Positions 49,502 to 58,292 of a DNA stretch of 64,000 nucleotides are shown piece after piece. Made by a program: the position numbers and the translations under genes. The DNA is from an uncultured Bacteroidales bacterium. GTDB lineage: Bacteria; Bacteroidota; Bacteroidia; Bacteroidales; UBA11471. The stretch covers positions 21,147 to 85,146 of the forward strand of contig CANQAM010000007.1 of NCBI GenBank assembly GCA_947589325.1. Direction: 5' to 3'. Under the pieces are notes generated by a model. That model was not told the origin of the DNA. It did no database searches and was given only the letters and a program-made list of their open reading frames with translations. Numbering within the stretch: the first letter of the stretch is position 1; each line of letters begins with the position of its first letter.

Positions 49502-51760
49502 ATGAAACGAACACTGTTTTTTATGTTGCTGTCCGCAGGGCTGTTCGCTCCCGCTGCGTGGGCGTATGACTTTGATGTAGACGGTATCTATTACACAATT
49601 ACTTCATCTACTTCATCGAGAAACAAAACGGTTGAGGTTGCGTATGGTGGAGGAGCCTATTCGGGCGATGTAATCATTCCCGCAACGGTAACGTATGAGG
49701 ATGTTGAATATCGGGTTACCGCTATCGGCGACGATGCTTTTTCGTGGTGCACGGGCTTGACGTCGGTAACGATACCTGAGAGTGTTACCGCTATTGGCGA
49801 TGAGGCTTTTTCCCGATGCAGTGGTTTGGAAAATTTCGAAGGGAAAATTGCGACAGCCGATCATCGTTGTCTTGTCATAAACGATACCTTGAAAGCCTTT
49901 GCACCGAGCGGATTGACTCGATATACCATACCCGACGGTGTTAAAGTTATCGGCGAGAGGGCTTTTTTCAAATGCAGCGGCTTGATGTCGGTAACGATAC
50001 CCGAGAGTGTTACCGCTATCGGCTGGAGGGCTTTTGAGGATTGTAGCGGCTTGACGTCGGTAACGATAGGTAAGAGTGTTCAGACTATCGGTAGCGGTGT
50101 ATTCTACGCTTGCAAAAATTTGACCTCGGTAACAATTCCAGAGAGTGTTCAGACTATCGGTGTCGAGGCTTTTTCCCAATGCAGTGGTTTGGGAAATTTT
50201 GAAGGGAAATTTGCGACAGCCGATCATCGCTGTCTTGTTATAAACGATACCTTGATAGCCTTTGCACCGAGCGGATTGACCCAATACACCATACCGGACG
50301 AAGTTAAGGTTATCGGCAACTATGCTTTTTCGTGGTGCACGGGCTTGACCTCGGTAACAATTCCTAAGAGCGTCCAGACTATCGGCGACTGGGCTTTTGC
50401 GTATTGCGACGGTTTGACGTCGGTAACGATAGGCGACGGTGTTACCACTATTGGCGACTATGCTTTTTACGGTTGCACGGGCTTGGCATCGGTAACGATA
50501 GGTAAGAATGTTCAGACTATCGGCGACTATGCTTTTTCGTGGTGCACGGGCTTGACCTCGGTAACAATTCCAGAGAGTGTTCAGGTTATCGGTGTCGAGG
50601 TTTTTTCCGGTTGCAGAGGTTTGAAAAATTTCGAAGGGAAAATTGCGACAGCCGATCATCGTTGTCTTGTCATAAACGATACCTTGAGGGCGTTTGCATC
50701 GAGCGGATTGACCCAATACACCATACCCGACGATGTTAAAGTTATCGGCGACAATACTTTTTGGGGTTGCGACGGCTTGACGTCTGTAACAATTCCTGAG
50801 AGTGTTATCGCTATCGGCGACGATGCTTTTTCGTATTGCGACGGTTTAACATCGGTAACGATAGGCTGCTCCACTATCGGCGACGATGCTTTTTCCAATT
50901 GCACGGGCTTGACGTCGGTAACGATAGGTGACGGTGTTACCACTATCGGCGACTATGCTTTTTCGTGCACGGGCTTGACGTCGGTAACGATACCTGAGAG
51001 TGTTACCGCTATTGGCGATGAGGCTTTTTCCCGATGCAGTGGTTTGGAAAATTTCGAAGGGAAAATTGCGACAGCCGATCATCGTTGTCTTGTCATAAAC
51101 GATACCTTGAGAGCCTTTGCTCAGAGCGGATTAACCCAATACACCATACCAAACGAAGTTAAGGTCATTGGCGACGGAGTTTTTTATTGTTGCTATAGTT
51201 TGACAGAGATAACGATACCCAATAGTGTTACCGCTATCGGCGACTGTGCTTTTGCCAGTTGCGGCTTAACGTCGGTAACGATACCCGAGAGTGTTATCTC
51301 TATCGGTAGGATTGCTTTTAGGTATTGCAGTGGCTTGAAATCGGTAACGATAGGTAAGGGTGTTACCACTATCGGCCCAAGTGCTTTTTTTAGGTGCACC
51401 GGTTTGACGTCGGTAACGGCTTATAATTCAACACCGGTGGATATTGTAATAACAAATGAATCGGGATATCCCTACGTTGCTTTCGATAATGTCGATTGTG
51501 CCAACTGCAAACTTTACGTACCCAAAGGGTCGGTAGAAGCCTATCGGAATGCCGAAGGGTGGAGCGAGTTCGGAGAGATATTGCCGATAGACGAATCCTC
51601 CGCCATTACGGAAACACGACAAGACAATGCCGACGGACACGTAACGGTGTATAATCTGCAAGGCGTGCCGGTACTCGAAACCGATGATGCTGCCGACCTC
51701 AAAATGTTACAGAACGGCGCCTATATCGTGAACGGCAAAAAGATGATTATCGCCCGATAG
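49502..51760 (+). CDS. BspA-type leucine-rich-repeat surface protein with T9SS C-terminal sorting domain
   Basis: Signal peptide, then about 25 LRR units 'GLTSVTIPESV..IGD.AF..C'. The C-terminus VTVYNLQGVPVLETDDAADLKMLQNGAYIVNGKKMIIAR fits the T9SS CTD pattern. Confidence 0.85.
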   Translation: MKRTLFFMLLSAGLFAPAAWAYDFDVDGIYYTITSSTSSRNKTVEVAYGGGAYSGDVIIPATVTYEDVEYRVTAIGDDAFSWCTGLTSVTIPESVTAIGDEAFSRCSGLENFEGKIATADHRCLVINDTLKAFAPSGLTRYTIPDGVKVIGERAFFKCSGLMSVTIPESVTAIGWRAFEDCSGLTSVTIGKSVQTIGSGVFYACKNLTSVTIPESVQTIGVEAFSQCSGLGNFEGKFATADHRCLVINDTLIAFAPSGLTQYTIPDEVKVIGNYAFSWCTGLTSVTIPKSVQTIGDWAFAYCDGLTSVTIGDGVTTIGDYAFYGCTGLASVTIGKNVQTIGDYAFSWCTGLTSVTIPESVQVIGVEVFSGCRGLKNFEGKIATADHRCLVINDTLRAFASSGLTQYTIPDDVKVIGDNTFWGCDGLTSVTIPESVIAIGDDAFSYCDGLTSVTIGCSTIGDDAFSNCTGLTSVTIGDGVTTIGDYAFSCTGLTSVTIPESVTAIGDEAFSRCSGLENFEGKIATADHRCLVINDTLRAFAQSGLTQYTIPNEVKVIGDGVFYCCYSLTEITIPNSVTAIGDCAFASCGLTSVTIPESVISIGRIAFRYCSGLKSVTIGKGVTTIGPSAFFRCTGLTSVTAYNSTPVDIVITNESGYPYVAFDNVDCANCKLYVPKGSVEAYRNAEGWSEFGEILPIDESSAITETRQDNADGHVTVYNLQGVPVLETDDAADLKMLQNGAYIVNGKKMIIAR
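49747..49892 (+). repeat. 146-bp perfect direct repeat, copy 1 (inside the BspA-like gene)
   Basis: Identical base-for-base to 50965-51110 (checked by eye). The offset of 1218 bp keeps the copies in frame. Confidence 0.9.
50965..51110 (+). repeat. 146-bp perfect direct repeat, copy 2
   Basis: Identical to 49747-49892. More diverged copies of the same ~420-bp supermodule start near 50150 and 50560. Confidence 0.9.
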
Positions 51761-51785
51761 CACGAATCGTATAAAATCCTAAAAG

Positions 51786-51818
51786 CATCGGGGCGGAAAA
51801 ATTTTTTCCGCCCCGATG
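51786..51818 (+). terminator. GC-rich hairpin after the BspA-like gene (probable terminator, weak U-tract)
   Basis: CATCGGGGCGGAAAAA / TTTTTTCCGCCCCGATG near-perfect palindrome. Confidence 0.6.
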
Positions 51819-52170
51819 TCGTTGTGAGGTTTCGCCTTTTATAGGGGTGTATCGATTTTGTCTGTTTGTTTACCGTCCGGATTCGGAAATAAGGGCGCGC
51901 AGGCGATCGTTGAATTTCGTGGCGCCTAACAATTCTTCGAGAGTTAGTACAAATTTCTCAAACAAAAAAACTCTCACAATTCTTTTAGGATTTTGTTGTT
52001 GGCATCGTCGATTCGGTAGGAGTGAATGGCGGAAAGATAGATGCGTGTTGTCTCTTGTCTTTTTGCGGATATACGTGATGTAGCCGTTCGCGAAGTCGAG
52101 GTCTTTTCGCGCATATAGAATGAAAACAGAAACAGGTCTCGGTCGTATGGGGCGGACTTTTTGGGCAGCT

Positions 52171-53853
52171 TTATGGCTGTTGCAGTTTTGTCCTTGCTCG
52201 GTCATACCCGAGTCGGGCGGCTTCCCGCAAGTCGTTTTCGGCTTTTTCCGATTCGCCCAGCGCTTCGTATGCCAAACTTCGGTAGTAATAACTTTCGGCT
52301 TGGCATTCGGGGTATTTTATGGCTTCGTTATAGACTTTTACGGCTTCGTTGTATTGCCCTAAACAGTAGAGTATAAACCCTTTGAATATCAGTTGCGAAT
52401 GGTCTTCCTCGTTGAGTTTCAGTGCATCGTTTATGTCGGTAAGGGCGTCTTCATAATGTGCCAGATATATTTGCGCAATGGCTTTCTGTTTGTAGATTTC
52501 CGATAAAGCATTTTTTTCTTTGTCGGGACAGTATAGAATGGCTTGCCGGTAGTCGATGATGGCATTCGGGTAATTCTGCATTTCCTTCGAGCAGTTTCCG
52601 CGAAGATAATAAGCCCACCAGTTTTTTGCATTTTGATTCAAGGCTTCGCTTGCCGCTTCTATGGCTTCGCCGTATTTGCCGGCGAGAAAGAGCTCTTGGG
52701 CTTTTTCCGACGGCGAAGGCTCTATTTTTTTGAATCGGTATGCCGTGCGGTTGGCTTGCGGTGCGCGCGGGTCGAAATCAGTAAAGATCAGAACGGAAAA
52801 AGGTTTGTTGGTTTCGACGATTTTTGTCATTTCACGACCTTTCGGGGCAGGCGTCATTTTCAGATTTTGCAGCTCCGAACAGTTGTATATGAAATTCCGC
52901 AGGTCTGCTGTTTGCACGGACAGAGTGGTATAAAGGTCGGTATATTGAGCAAAAGCCATACCTAAGATGTTTCCATCGGCATCGAATACGGCGCCGCCGC
53001 TGTTCCCCGATTCTATGGGAACGGTCATTTGGAACCGATGCGGGTAGTTGCTGTCGTATGACGTGCTGACAATTCCGGTGGTGATTTTGGGGGAATAGCC
53101 GAGGTATGCAATTTTGGGATACCCGATGGCGAAACAAAATTCCCCGTCGATAGGATTATTTTCGCGTATGTTGTAAGGTATCTTTCCGAAAGATGTAAAT
53201 GTGCTGTCCTCGATTTTGAGAATGGCGACATCGATGCGGGCGTCGCTATCGACCACCCGAGCGTTGTAGTAACGGGTGAAATCGTTGTTTACGCCCGTGA
53301 TAAGAAACTGTTGGTAACCTCTTACCACATGTGCGCAGGTGGCGATGTAGCCGTCTTCTGTCAAGGCGAATCCGGAGCCTGCGCCTCCGAGTACCTCTTC
53401 TTCTTCGGAAAAATCGAGCTGGGGATATATTCGATAAAATGTTTTGTTCATGGAGGAATACGGAGAGAATACAAAGGCGTTTCCCGTCATGATGATGTAT
53501 TTTTCGTCGTAAGTGCGGTCGAACGGATTTTCGCCCATGGCATGATACACGCCGTCGATGGTCGTCATTTCAAAAAAATATTTCACCATTCCCGACTCTT
53601 TGCCGTCCAGCCGTATGGCGCGGTAGCGAAACTCCTCCGGCAGACGTTCATCGACGAATCTTTCAATAGCATACACGGCGCCTTTGTTGTCGCGCCAGAT
53701 ACCTTCGATAAGTTCGAATGTGCCGTCGGCTATGCGGCTGTCGATGAGTTTGCGCGCCGTCGCCGCGTCGTAATTTTCCACTTTGAATTTCAGTGCAGCC
53801 ATGCCTGCGGCGGTAATCGACAGGAAGAGCAGAAAGAGCAAAAAACGTTTCAT
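52171..53853 (-). CDS. secreted trypsin-like (S1-family) serine protease with C-terminal TPR repeats
   Basis: Signal peptide. Catalytic triad context TCAHVV / DVAILKI / GNSGGAVFD. The C-terminal ~170 aa carries TPR-like repeats (AYYLRGNC, AIAQIYLAHYEDALTDINDALKL, YYYRSLAYEALGE). The N-terminal ~150 aa are unassigned. Confidence 0.75.
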   Translation of the reverse strand: MKRFLLFLLFLSITAAGMAALKFKVENYDAATARKLIDSRIADGTFELIEGIWRDNKGAVYAIERFVDERLPEEFRYRAIRLDGKESGMVKYFFEMTTIDGVYHAMGENPFDRTYDEKYIIMTGNAFVFSPYSSMNKTFYRIYPQLDFSEEEEVLGGAGSGFALTEDGYIATCAHVVRGYQQFLITGVNNDFTRYYNARVVDSDARIDVAILKIEDSTFTSFGKIPYNIRENNPIDGEFCFAIGYPKIAYLGYSPKITTGIVSTSYDSNYPHRFQMTVPIESGNSGGAVFDADGNILGMAFAQYTDLYTTLSVQTADLRNFIYNCSELQNLKMTPAPKGREMTKIVETNKPFSVLIFTDFDPRAPQANRTAYRFKKIEPSPSEKAQELFLAGKYGEAIEAASEALNQNAKNWWAYYLRGNCSKEMQNYPNAIIDYRQAILYCPDKEKNALSEIYKQKAIAQIYLAHYEDALTDINDALKLNEEDHSQLIFKGFILYCLGQYNEAVKVYNEAIKYPECQAESYYYRSLAYEALGESEKAENDLREAARLGYDRARTKLQQP

Positions 53854-53862
53854 GGCAGGAGA

Positions 53863-55536
53863 TTATATTCTGAAATAGAGCCCGAAACTCAGCAATTCCT
53901 TGAATTGCAGGAATGACCCTTTTGCATTCGGCGCTACGCTGTCGTCGTAGCGCATTTTGAACTCTATACGGGTGGAAAAGTATCGGTTGAGAACGAAATT
54001 CAGCGTATTCTCGAAATCGATTTGCACCCGTTCGTAAGAGGTAAAATAGTAAAAGCGGGAATTCAGATACATGTGCCGCATAAATTCCCATTTGATTGAT
54101 GCCTCTGCCGATGAACCGATTTTGTTCAATACCGTTTTCCCCTCGTCAAGTCCGAATTTGGTCGGGTCTATTTTCTTGTCGATGCAGGTTTTCAGATTGT
54201 AGGCGACCGGCGAGAGCGAAACCGAAGTTTCGAGCGAGTTGTCTTTGCTCTTGTAGTTATGGGTCATACCGAGATTGAGATTCAGTTCGCCGGGTGAAAG
54301 AAACGATGCCGTGCGGGTTTGGGTATTTTTTTGGTAGAGGTTGAAAAACTGCGTTTTGAAAGAGAGGCTCACCGAGTAGTAGAAATTCCAAAATGCCTTG
54401 TATCCGAATTTGCTGTCGATGCGGAACAAATCTTCGCTGATGGCATAGCTGCGCAGCGAGTCATCGGGTGTGCTGCAGATGTTCAGTTTCCAGTCTATAT
54501 CGTTCTCGAACAGTATTTTTTCGTTTTCATAATCCTTATAGTCGAGCGAATAATGCTGCGTACTGATTAGGTTGATGTTGCTCGCACCGCCTTGATACCA
54601 GTTTTCCGATATATATACCTGCGAAATTTGCAGGGCGCTGTTCAATTCCGAAATCCAGTGTTTCAGTTTTATGGGACCACTTTTTAACTCGCGCAGGCGG
54701 GGCATCTCGTAGCCTTTCACCTCCAAAAATTCTTTCCGGCGCTTCACCCGCTCCATGTGTATGGCGTCGGGCAGCATTTCAGGCGTGTAATGCACTTTGT
54801 CGGGCGAATTGACGATAAATTCGGCTTGGGCGTATTCGCCTATCGCTTTCATTTCGCGGTCGCGTTCCATATCCGATTTCCGCCGGTTCAATTCATATCG
54901 GCTTCGCGTTTCTTTTTTCGAAGTGATAGCCGGTCGTTCCGATGGTCGCTGTCCGTCGAAAACAATGGGGAGGAAAATCGGATTTACGGGGCGGTTTTCT
55001 GATGTAAGAATGTCGTTCCGTTTTTTCAATAATGCTTGTGCTTCGGGGCACATCTCGATTTTCGGAATCTGTATCGGCGGCAGTACGCTCGCAGAATCTT
55101 TTTCGGCTCGTGTCGTATCTGCTGCTGCCGCAAGAACGACAGGAGCGGGGGTAACGCTTGTGTCGATGACATTGCTGAATATGGAACGCACCTCTTTCGT
55201 GAAAATCGTATCTTTCACGAAAGTGGTTTTGATAACCGTATCGACGGTTACGGCATTGCTGTCTGCACGTACTTCCGTTTTTTCGTTTTCCTTGATAGAG
55301 AGGTCGTCGATGAGATTCAGCGCGTCGAGTATCAGGCTTTTGAGGCTGTCGGGCATGGACGATAAGTCGATAGCGGGCGCATTGCCGGTCGTTTGGGTCG
55401 TGTCGGCTGTCGATAGGGCGCCGCTAAAAAAAATGCTGCCGCCCGCTTTTGCCGGCAGGGCAAAAAACGACAACACCGCAATGATTGCGCCCGTGAATAA
55501 TCTGAAACGAACTGGTTTTGCTCGGAATCCTCTCAT
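53863..55536 (-). CDS. DUF3078-domain outer-membrane protein with a long N-terminal extension
   Basis: ISENWYQGGASNINL, DIDWKL and IDSKFGYKAFWNFYYSVSLSFKTQFFNLY fit the DUF3078 pattern. Start is set at ATG 55536 because a TATATTTG box overlaps the longer-ORF ATG at 55563. Confidence 0.7.
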   Translation of the reverse strand: MRGFRAKPVRFRLFTGAIIAVLSFFALPAKAGGSIFFSGALSTADTTQTTGNAPAIDLSSMPDSLKSLILDALNLIDDLSIKENEKTEVRADSNAVTVDTVIKTTFVKDTIFTKEVRSIFSNVIDTSVTPAPVVLAAAADTTRAEKDSASVLPPIQIPKIEMCPEAQALLKKRNDILTSENRPVNPIFLPIVFDGQRPSERPAITSKKETRSRYELNRRKSDMERDREMKAIGEYAQAEFIVNSPDKVHYTPEMLPDAIHMERVKRRKEFLEVKGYEMPRLRELKSGPIKLKHWISELNSALQISQVYISENWYQGGASNINLISTQHYSLDYKDYENEKILFENDIDWKLNICSTPDDSLRSYAISEDLFRIDSKFGYKAFWNFYYSVSLSFKTQFFNLYQKNTQTRTASFLSPGELNLNLGMTHNYKSKDNSLETSVSLSPVAYNLKTCIDKKIDPTKFGLDEGKTVLNKIGSSAEASIKWEFMRHMYLNSRFYYFTSYERVQIDFENTLNFVLNRYFSTRIEFKMRYDDSVAPNAKGSFLQFKELLSFGLYFRI

Positions 55537-55560
55537 AGCCGACAGATAGATAGCCGCCGA

Positions 55561-55568
55561 CAAATATA
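55561..55568 (-). promoter_or_regulatory. -7 promoter box (TATATTTG) for the DUF3078-protease pair
   Basis: The reverse complement of CAAATATA matches TAnnTTTG, 25 nt upstream of ATG 55536. Confidence 0.5.
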
Positions 55569-55778
55569 GTTAAAAAAGAGATATTGAGGACAAATTTTCC
55601 GGCATAAATATGTGATAATCGATAAAATGCCTTTACCGGACCTTTTTTATAAAAATCGGAGCGACCGTAAAATGTACGTAACTTATTTATTTACAAATAA
55701 AAATATCATTGTGAAATATTTTTTGTGAAAATCGAAAATTTTTTACACAAAAAACGATGACGATATAAGAAAAACACT

Positions 55779-55786
55779 TATTTTTG
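55779..55786 (+). promoter_or_regulatory. -7 promoter box (TATTTTTG) for ferritin
   Basis: Exact TAnnTTTG, 32 nt upstream of ATG 55818. Confidence 0.55.
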
Positions 55787-55817
55787 TCCCTATAAAATAA
55801 CCCAAATAACAACGACT

Positions 55818-56336
55818 ATGTTAAGCAAAAAAATGGAAGCTGCGCTCAATGCGCAAGTGAATGCCGAATTTTGGTCGGCATATCTTTATCTGTCGATGTC
55901 TACCAATTTCTCGGCGCTGGGAAATCCCGGATTTGCCAATTGGTTTGCTGTACAGTTCAAAGAAGAACAAGACCACGCCATGATTTTTGTCAAATATATT
56001 CTTTCGCGTGGAGGAAAAGTTTCGTTGGCACCCATCGACAAAGTACAGACCGAATGGGCTTCGCCGCTGGCCGCCTTTGAAGACACGCTGACCCACGAAA
56101 AGAAAGTTACGGCGATGATTCACGACCTCTATACGCTGGCTGATGCCGAAAAAGATTATGCCACCAAGAGCATGTTGGGCTGGTTCATCGACGAGCAGGT
56201 CGAAGAAGAAGAAACCGCGCAGGGCTATATCGATGCCCTGAAAATGATTAAGGACAACGGTTTCGGCATCTACACCCTCGACAAAGAGTTGGGTGCGCGC
56301 ACCTACACGCAGGCAGCTCCGCTGGCAGGCAAATAA
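55818..56336 (+). CDS. ftnA: non-haem ferritin
   Basis: 172 aa. LNAQVNAEFWSAYLYLSMS, FKEEQDHAMIF and LTHEKKVT are ferroxidase-centre motifs. Confidence 0.9.
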   Translation: MLSKKMEAALNAQVNAEFWSAYLYLSMSTNFSALGNPGFANWFAVQFKEEQDHAMIFVKYILSRGGKVSLAPIDKVQTEWASPLAAFEDTLTHEKKVTAMIHDLYTLADAEKDYATKSMLGWFIDEQVEEEETAQGYIDALKMIKDNGFGIYTLDKELGARTYTQAAPLAGK

Positions 56337-56357
56337 GTCCGCGCCTATACCGCTTGC

Positions 56358-56397
56358 ATACCCGACCCGACATTGTTTGGGTCGGGTATCGTTTTAT
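56358..56397 (+). terminator. intrinsic terminator after ferritin
   Basis: Perfect 11-bp stem ATACCCGACCC / GGGTCGGGTAT followed by CGTTTTATT. Confidence 0.8.
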
Positions 56398-56553
56398 TAC
56401 CGCTCTGCGTGTGAAAAAACAGATACGGCATGTTGTCTTACATTTATTTGAAAAACAGAATGTTATAAAAACATTCTCCGACCGTTGCGGCACTTTGAAA
56501 GAAAAGTTTGCATAAAAAACGGAAAATTTGTGCTATTCCGACAGATTTTTTCA

Positions 56554-56561
56554 TATATTTG
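56554..56561 (+). promoter_or_regulatory. -7 promoter box (TATATTTG) for kduI-kduD-DUF4861
   Basis: Exact TAnnTTTG, 55 nt upstream of ATG 56616. Confidence 0.5.
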
Positions 56562-56615
56562 TATGGCTCGTAATACGACCGTGAAACAATGTAATATTTA
56601 TCTAAAAATAAATTT

Positions 56616-57461
56616 ATGAAGACCAATTACGAATTGCGTTACGCAGCGCACCCCAAAGATGCGAAAAGCTACGATACGGCGCGCCTGCGCGAGGATTTTC
56701 TGATACAGAATCTCTTCGTGGATAATGAAGTGAACATGGTATATTCGATGTACGACCGGCTGATTGTAGGCGGTGCCAAACCGGTGGGCGAGGTGCTTAC
56801 GCTCGAAGCCATCGACCCGTTGAAGGCGACCCATTTCCTGAGCCGTCGCGAGTTGGGCATATTCAATGTGGGCGCAGGCGCCGGTCGGGTGAAAGTCGAT
56901 GGAAAAGTTTTCGACCTCGATTTCAAGGAAGCCCTCTATTTGGGCGCAGGCGACCGCACGGTAACATTTGAAAGCCTCGATGCGAAGAAGCCGGCGAAAT
57001 TCTATTTCAACTCGGCTCCCGCACACAAGACCTGCCCCGACAAGAAAGTTACCAAAGCCGATGCCGTCGTTGCCGAAATGGGTTCGCTCGAAGGCTCCAA
57101 CCATCGCAACATCAACAAGATGCTCGTATGTCAGGTATTGGAAACCTGCCAGTTGCAAATGGGTATGACCGAGTTGCAGCCGGGCAGCATCTGGAACACC
57201 ATGCCCGCCCACACCCACAGCCGCCGCATGGAGGCCTATTTCTATTTCGACATTCCCGAAGAAGATGCGATATGTCATTTCATGGGCGAGCCCACCGAAA
57301 CGCGCCATATATGGATGAAAGGCGACGAAGCCGTGCTTTCGCCCGAATGGTCTATCCACTCCGCCGCTGCTACGCACAACTATACATTCATTTGGGGTAT
57401 GGGCGGCGAAAACCTCGATTACGGCGACCAAGACTTCTACAAATACACGGAATTAAAATAA
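56616..57461 (+). CDS. kduI: 5-dehydro-4-deoxy-D-glucuronate isomerase
   Basis: 281 aa. N-terminus [28 protein letters not shown] and cupin His cluster ([11 protein letters not shown]). Confidence 0.93.
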   Translation: MKTNYELRYAAHPKDAKSYDTARLREDFLIQNLFVDNEVNMVYSMYDRLIVGGAKPVGEVLTLEAIDPLKATHFLSRRELGIFNVGAGAGRVKVDGKVFDLDFKEALYLGAGDRTVTFESLDAKKPAKFYFNSAPAHKTCPDKKVTKADAVVAEMGSLEGSNHRNINKMLVCQVLETCQLQMGMTELQPGSIWNTMPAHTHSRRMEAYFYFDIPEEDAICHFMGEPTETRHIWMKGDEAVLSPEWSIHSAAATHNYTFIWGMGGENLDYGDQDFYKYTELK

Positions 57462-57486
57462 TATCCAACTTAAATAATAAAGCATT

Positions 57487-58281
57487 ATGGTAAACTTTTC
57501 ACTGGAAGGTAAAGTGGCTCTCGTAACAGGAGCCTCTTACGGTATCGGATTTGCATTGGCAAGCGGCTTCGCCAAAGCCGGCGCAACCATCGTATTCAAC
57601 GACATCAAACAGGAATTGGTGGATAAGGGTCTCGCCGCCTACGAAGCTGCCGGCATCAAAGCGCACGGCTATGTATGCGACGTTACCAACGAGGAGCAGG
57701 TCAATGCTTTCATCGCCCGCATCGAAAAAGAGGTAGGCGGCATCGACATTCTTGTCAATAATGCCGGTATCATCAAGCGTATACCGATGATTGAAATGAC
57801 GGCTGCCGAGTTCCGTCAGGTTATCGACGTCGATCTCAATGCCCCGTTCATTGTGGCAAAAGCCGTTATTCCGGGCATGATTAAGAAAGGACACGGCAAA
57901 ATCATCAATATCTGTTCGATGATGAGCGAGCTGGGTCGCGAAACGGTATCGGCTTATGCCGCAGCCAAAGGCGGTCTCAAAATGCTTACCCGCAACATCG
58001 CCTCCGAATACGGCGAGTTCAATATCCAATGCAACGGCATCGGCCCGGGTTACATCGCTACCCCGCAAACCGCTCCGCTGCGCGAAAAACAACCCGACGG
58101 CTCGCGCCACCCGTTCGATGCCTTCATCGTGGCAAAAACTCCCGCTGCCCGCTGGGGTACGCCCGAAGATTTGGTAGGTCCCGCCATATTCCTCGCATCG
58201 GAAGCCTCCGACTTCGTAAACGGACACGTACTCTACGTCGATGGCGGTATTTTGGCTTACATCGGTAAACAACCTAAATAA
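57487..58281 (+). CDS. kduD: 2-dehydro-3-deoxy-D-gluconate 5-dehydrogenase (SDR)
   Basis: TGASYGIG cofactor motif, YAAAK catalytic motif, and adjacency to kduI. Confidence 0.88.
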   Translation: MVNFSLEGKVALVTGASYGIGFALASGFAKAGATIVFNDIKQELVDKGLAAYEAAGIKAHGYVCDVTNEEQVNAFIARIEKEVGGIDILVNNAGIIKRIPMIEMTAAEFRQVIDVDLNAPFIVAKAVIPGMIKKGHGKIINICSMMSELGRETVSAYAAAKGGLKMLTRNIASEYGEFNIQCNGIGPGYIATPQTAPLREKQPDGSRHPFDAFIVAKTPAARWGTPEDLVGPAIFLASEASDFVNGHVLYVDGGILAYIGKQPK

Positions 58282-58292
58282 TCCATCGAGCC

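Noticed and set aside
49700-51400. Regularly spaced ~70-bp similar units that could superficially look like a repeat-spacer array.
   Set aside because: The units are in-frame LRR coding repeats within one long ORF that has a signal peptide and a sorting domain. The apparent spacers are themselves homologous, and there is no leader or cas context. This is not a CRISPR array.
51870-52205. A 111-aa track ORF between the BspA-like gene and the protease gene, considered as an intact gene.
   Set aside because: Its first 12 codons overlap the 3' end of the protease gene, and the next ~19 codons, though in the spacer, are R/P-rich and implausible. It has no promoter box. Only the downstream part (51870-52115) looks protein-like, so I treat it as a possible gene remnant (see findings), not as a CDS.
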